Shown in pieces: positions 31,462-32,000 of a stretch of DNA of 32,000 bases. Origin of the DNA: Bellilinea caldifistulae (GTDB taxonomy: Bacteria > Chloroflexota > Anaerolineae > Anaerolineales > Anaerolineaceae); assembly GCF_001306055.1 (NCBI RefSeq), contig NZ_LGHJ01000024.1:30001-62000 (forward strand). The letters run 5' to 3'. A program made the position numbers and the translations under genes. Positions within the stretch are counted from its first letter, which is position 1, and every line of letters begins with the position of its first letter. Under the pieces are notes generated by a model. It had not been told where the DNA came from and did no database searches. It was given only the letters and a program-made list of their open reading frames with translations.

Positions 31462-32000
31462 ATGGATACCCTTCCTTCTGCTGACTTACCGGAACACACT
31501 GAGGAAACCTGTGAGGTGTTGTTTTTGCCCGCCGGCCGGACCGGCAGGTTCAAACGTGGGTTGACCTTGTTAGAAGCCGCCCGCCAGTTGGGTGTGATGA
31601 TTGAGTCGGCGTGCGGCGGTGAAGGCTGGTGCGGGCAGTGCGCAGTATATATTCAGGAAGGCCGCTTCGGTTCGGCCGGGGGAGTTTCGGCGCTGAGTCA
31701 CCTTTCGCCGGCCGACCAGGCCGAATTGGACGAGCTTACCGTCCGTGGTATGCCTTCCGGCAGCCGCCTGGCGTGTCTTGCTCGCCTGTTGGGGGATGTG
31801 TGTGTCGTGACCGGAGGTGGGGAGCGTCCATCGGCTGGTTTTTTGGGCAAAACGCTTCGGGAGGGTGCCTTTGAGGTTGACCCGCTGATTCGACTGTGCT
31901 GGTTGCGGCTTGATCCATTCCCTTCCGGTTTATCTTCTCTACTTGAACAGGCGCAGCAAGTGTTGGCGGAACGGTTTGGCATGTCCGCGGTGGAGTGGGA
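31462..32000 (+). CDS. 2Fe-2S ferredoxin-domain protein, N-terminal part (RACo / ASKHA DUF4445-type corrinoid activation-like); 3' end lies outside the window
   Basis: The frame is open from ATG 31462 to the window end; this ORF is not in the track. ACGGEGWCGQCAV...GSRLAC is a plant-type 2Fe-2S cysteine pattern, as found at the N-terminus of RACo-like proteins. Confidence 0.65.
   Translation, partial: MDTLPSADLPEHTEETCEVLFLPAGRTGRFKRGLTLLEAARQLGVMIESACGGEGWCGQCAVYIQEGRFGSAGGVSALSHLSPADQAELDELTVRGMPSGSRLACLARLLGDVCVVTGGGERPSAGFLGKTLREGAFEVDPLIRLCWLRLDPFPSGLSSLLEQAQQVLAERFGMSAVEW

Noticed and set aside
1-32000. Search by eye for tRNA/rRNA genes, CRISPR repeats, transposase/integrase genes, long inverted or direct terminal repeats, and defence-system hallmark genes
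   Set aside because: I found none beyond the HEPN/MNT remnant and the 95-nt GT2 paralog tract. The window is almost fully occupied by the CDSs listed.

Overview
GC-rich bacterial window, about 58-60% GC by eye. The Pro/Thr-linker lipoproteins and gene content suggest Chloroflexota/Anaerolineae-like, but that is a low-confidence inference. Nt 1-27357 is one almost gapless plus-strand array of about 28 genes, many with overlapping stop/start codons, and I read it as a very large cell-surface glycan biosynthesis cluster. It encodes two NeuB-family (PEP-condensing) ulosonic-acid synthases and three CTP_transf_3-type cytidylyltransferases, one of them fused to a KdsC-type HAD phosphatase. It also holds a PseB/CapE-family dehydratase fragment, an RmlD-like reductase, two classical SDRs, a Gfo/Idh/MocA oxidoreductase and a D-2-hydroxyacid dehydrogenase. 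Glycosyltransferase candidates are one GT4, four GT2 and one GT-A-like protein, plus three candidate CMP-ulosonic-acid transferases (two HP-motif GT-B proteins and one GNGPSL Cst-II/Maf-like protein). Three polytopic GT-C-like membrane proteins are also present. A tandem pair of paralogous lipoproteins sits in the middle of the array; each has a Pro/Thr-rich linker and a C-terminal domain with 10 conserved cysteines that I do not recognise. The array ends with a DUF1232-like membrane protein, a PQQ-dependent sugar dehydrogenase lipoprotein and a small Cys-rich ORF, followed by the only convincing intrinsic terminator. Downstream are a decayed HEPN/nucleotidyltransferase toxin-antitoxin remnant, a TauE/SafE permease and a membrane-anchored dienelactone hydrolase. 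These are followed by a convergent SLC13/DASS transporter with two TrkA-C domains and the 5' part of a 2Fe-2S (RACo-like) protein. I saw no rRNA, tRNA, CRISPR array or transposase. The most interesting content is the multi-ulosonic-acid glycosylation machinery together with the embedded Cys-rich lipoprotein pair and the GT-C proteins. All family assignments come from reading motifs in the translations; no searches were run.
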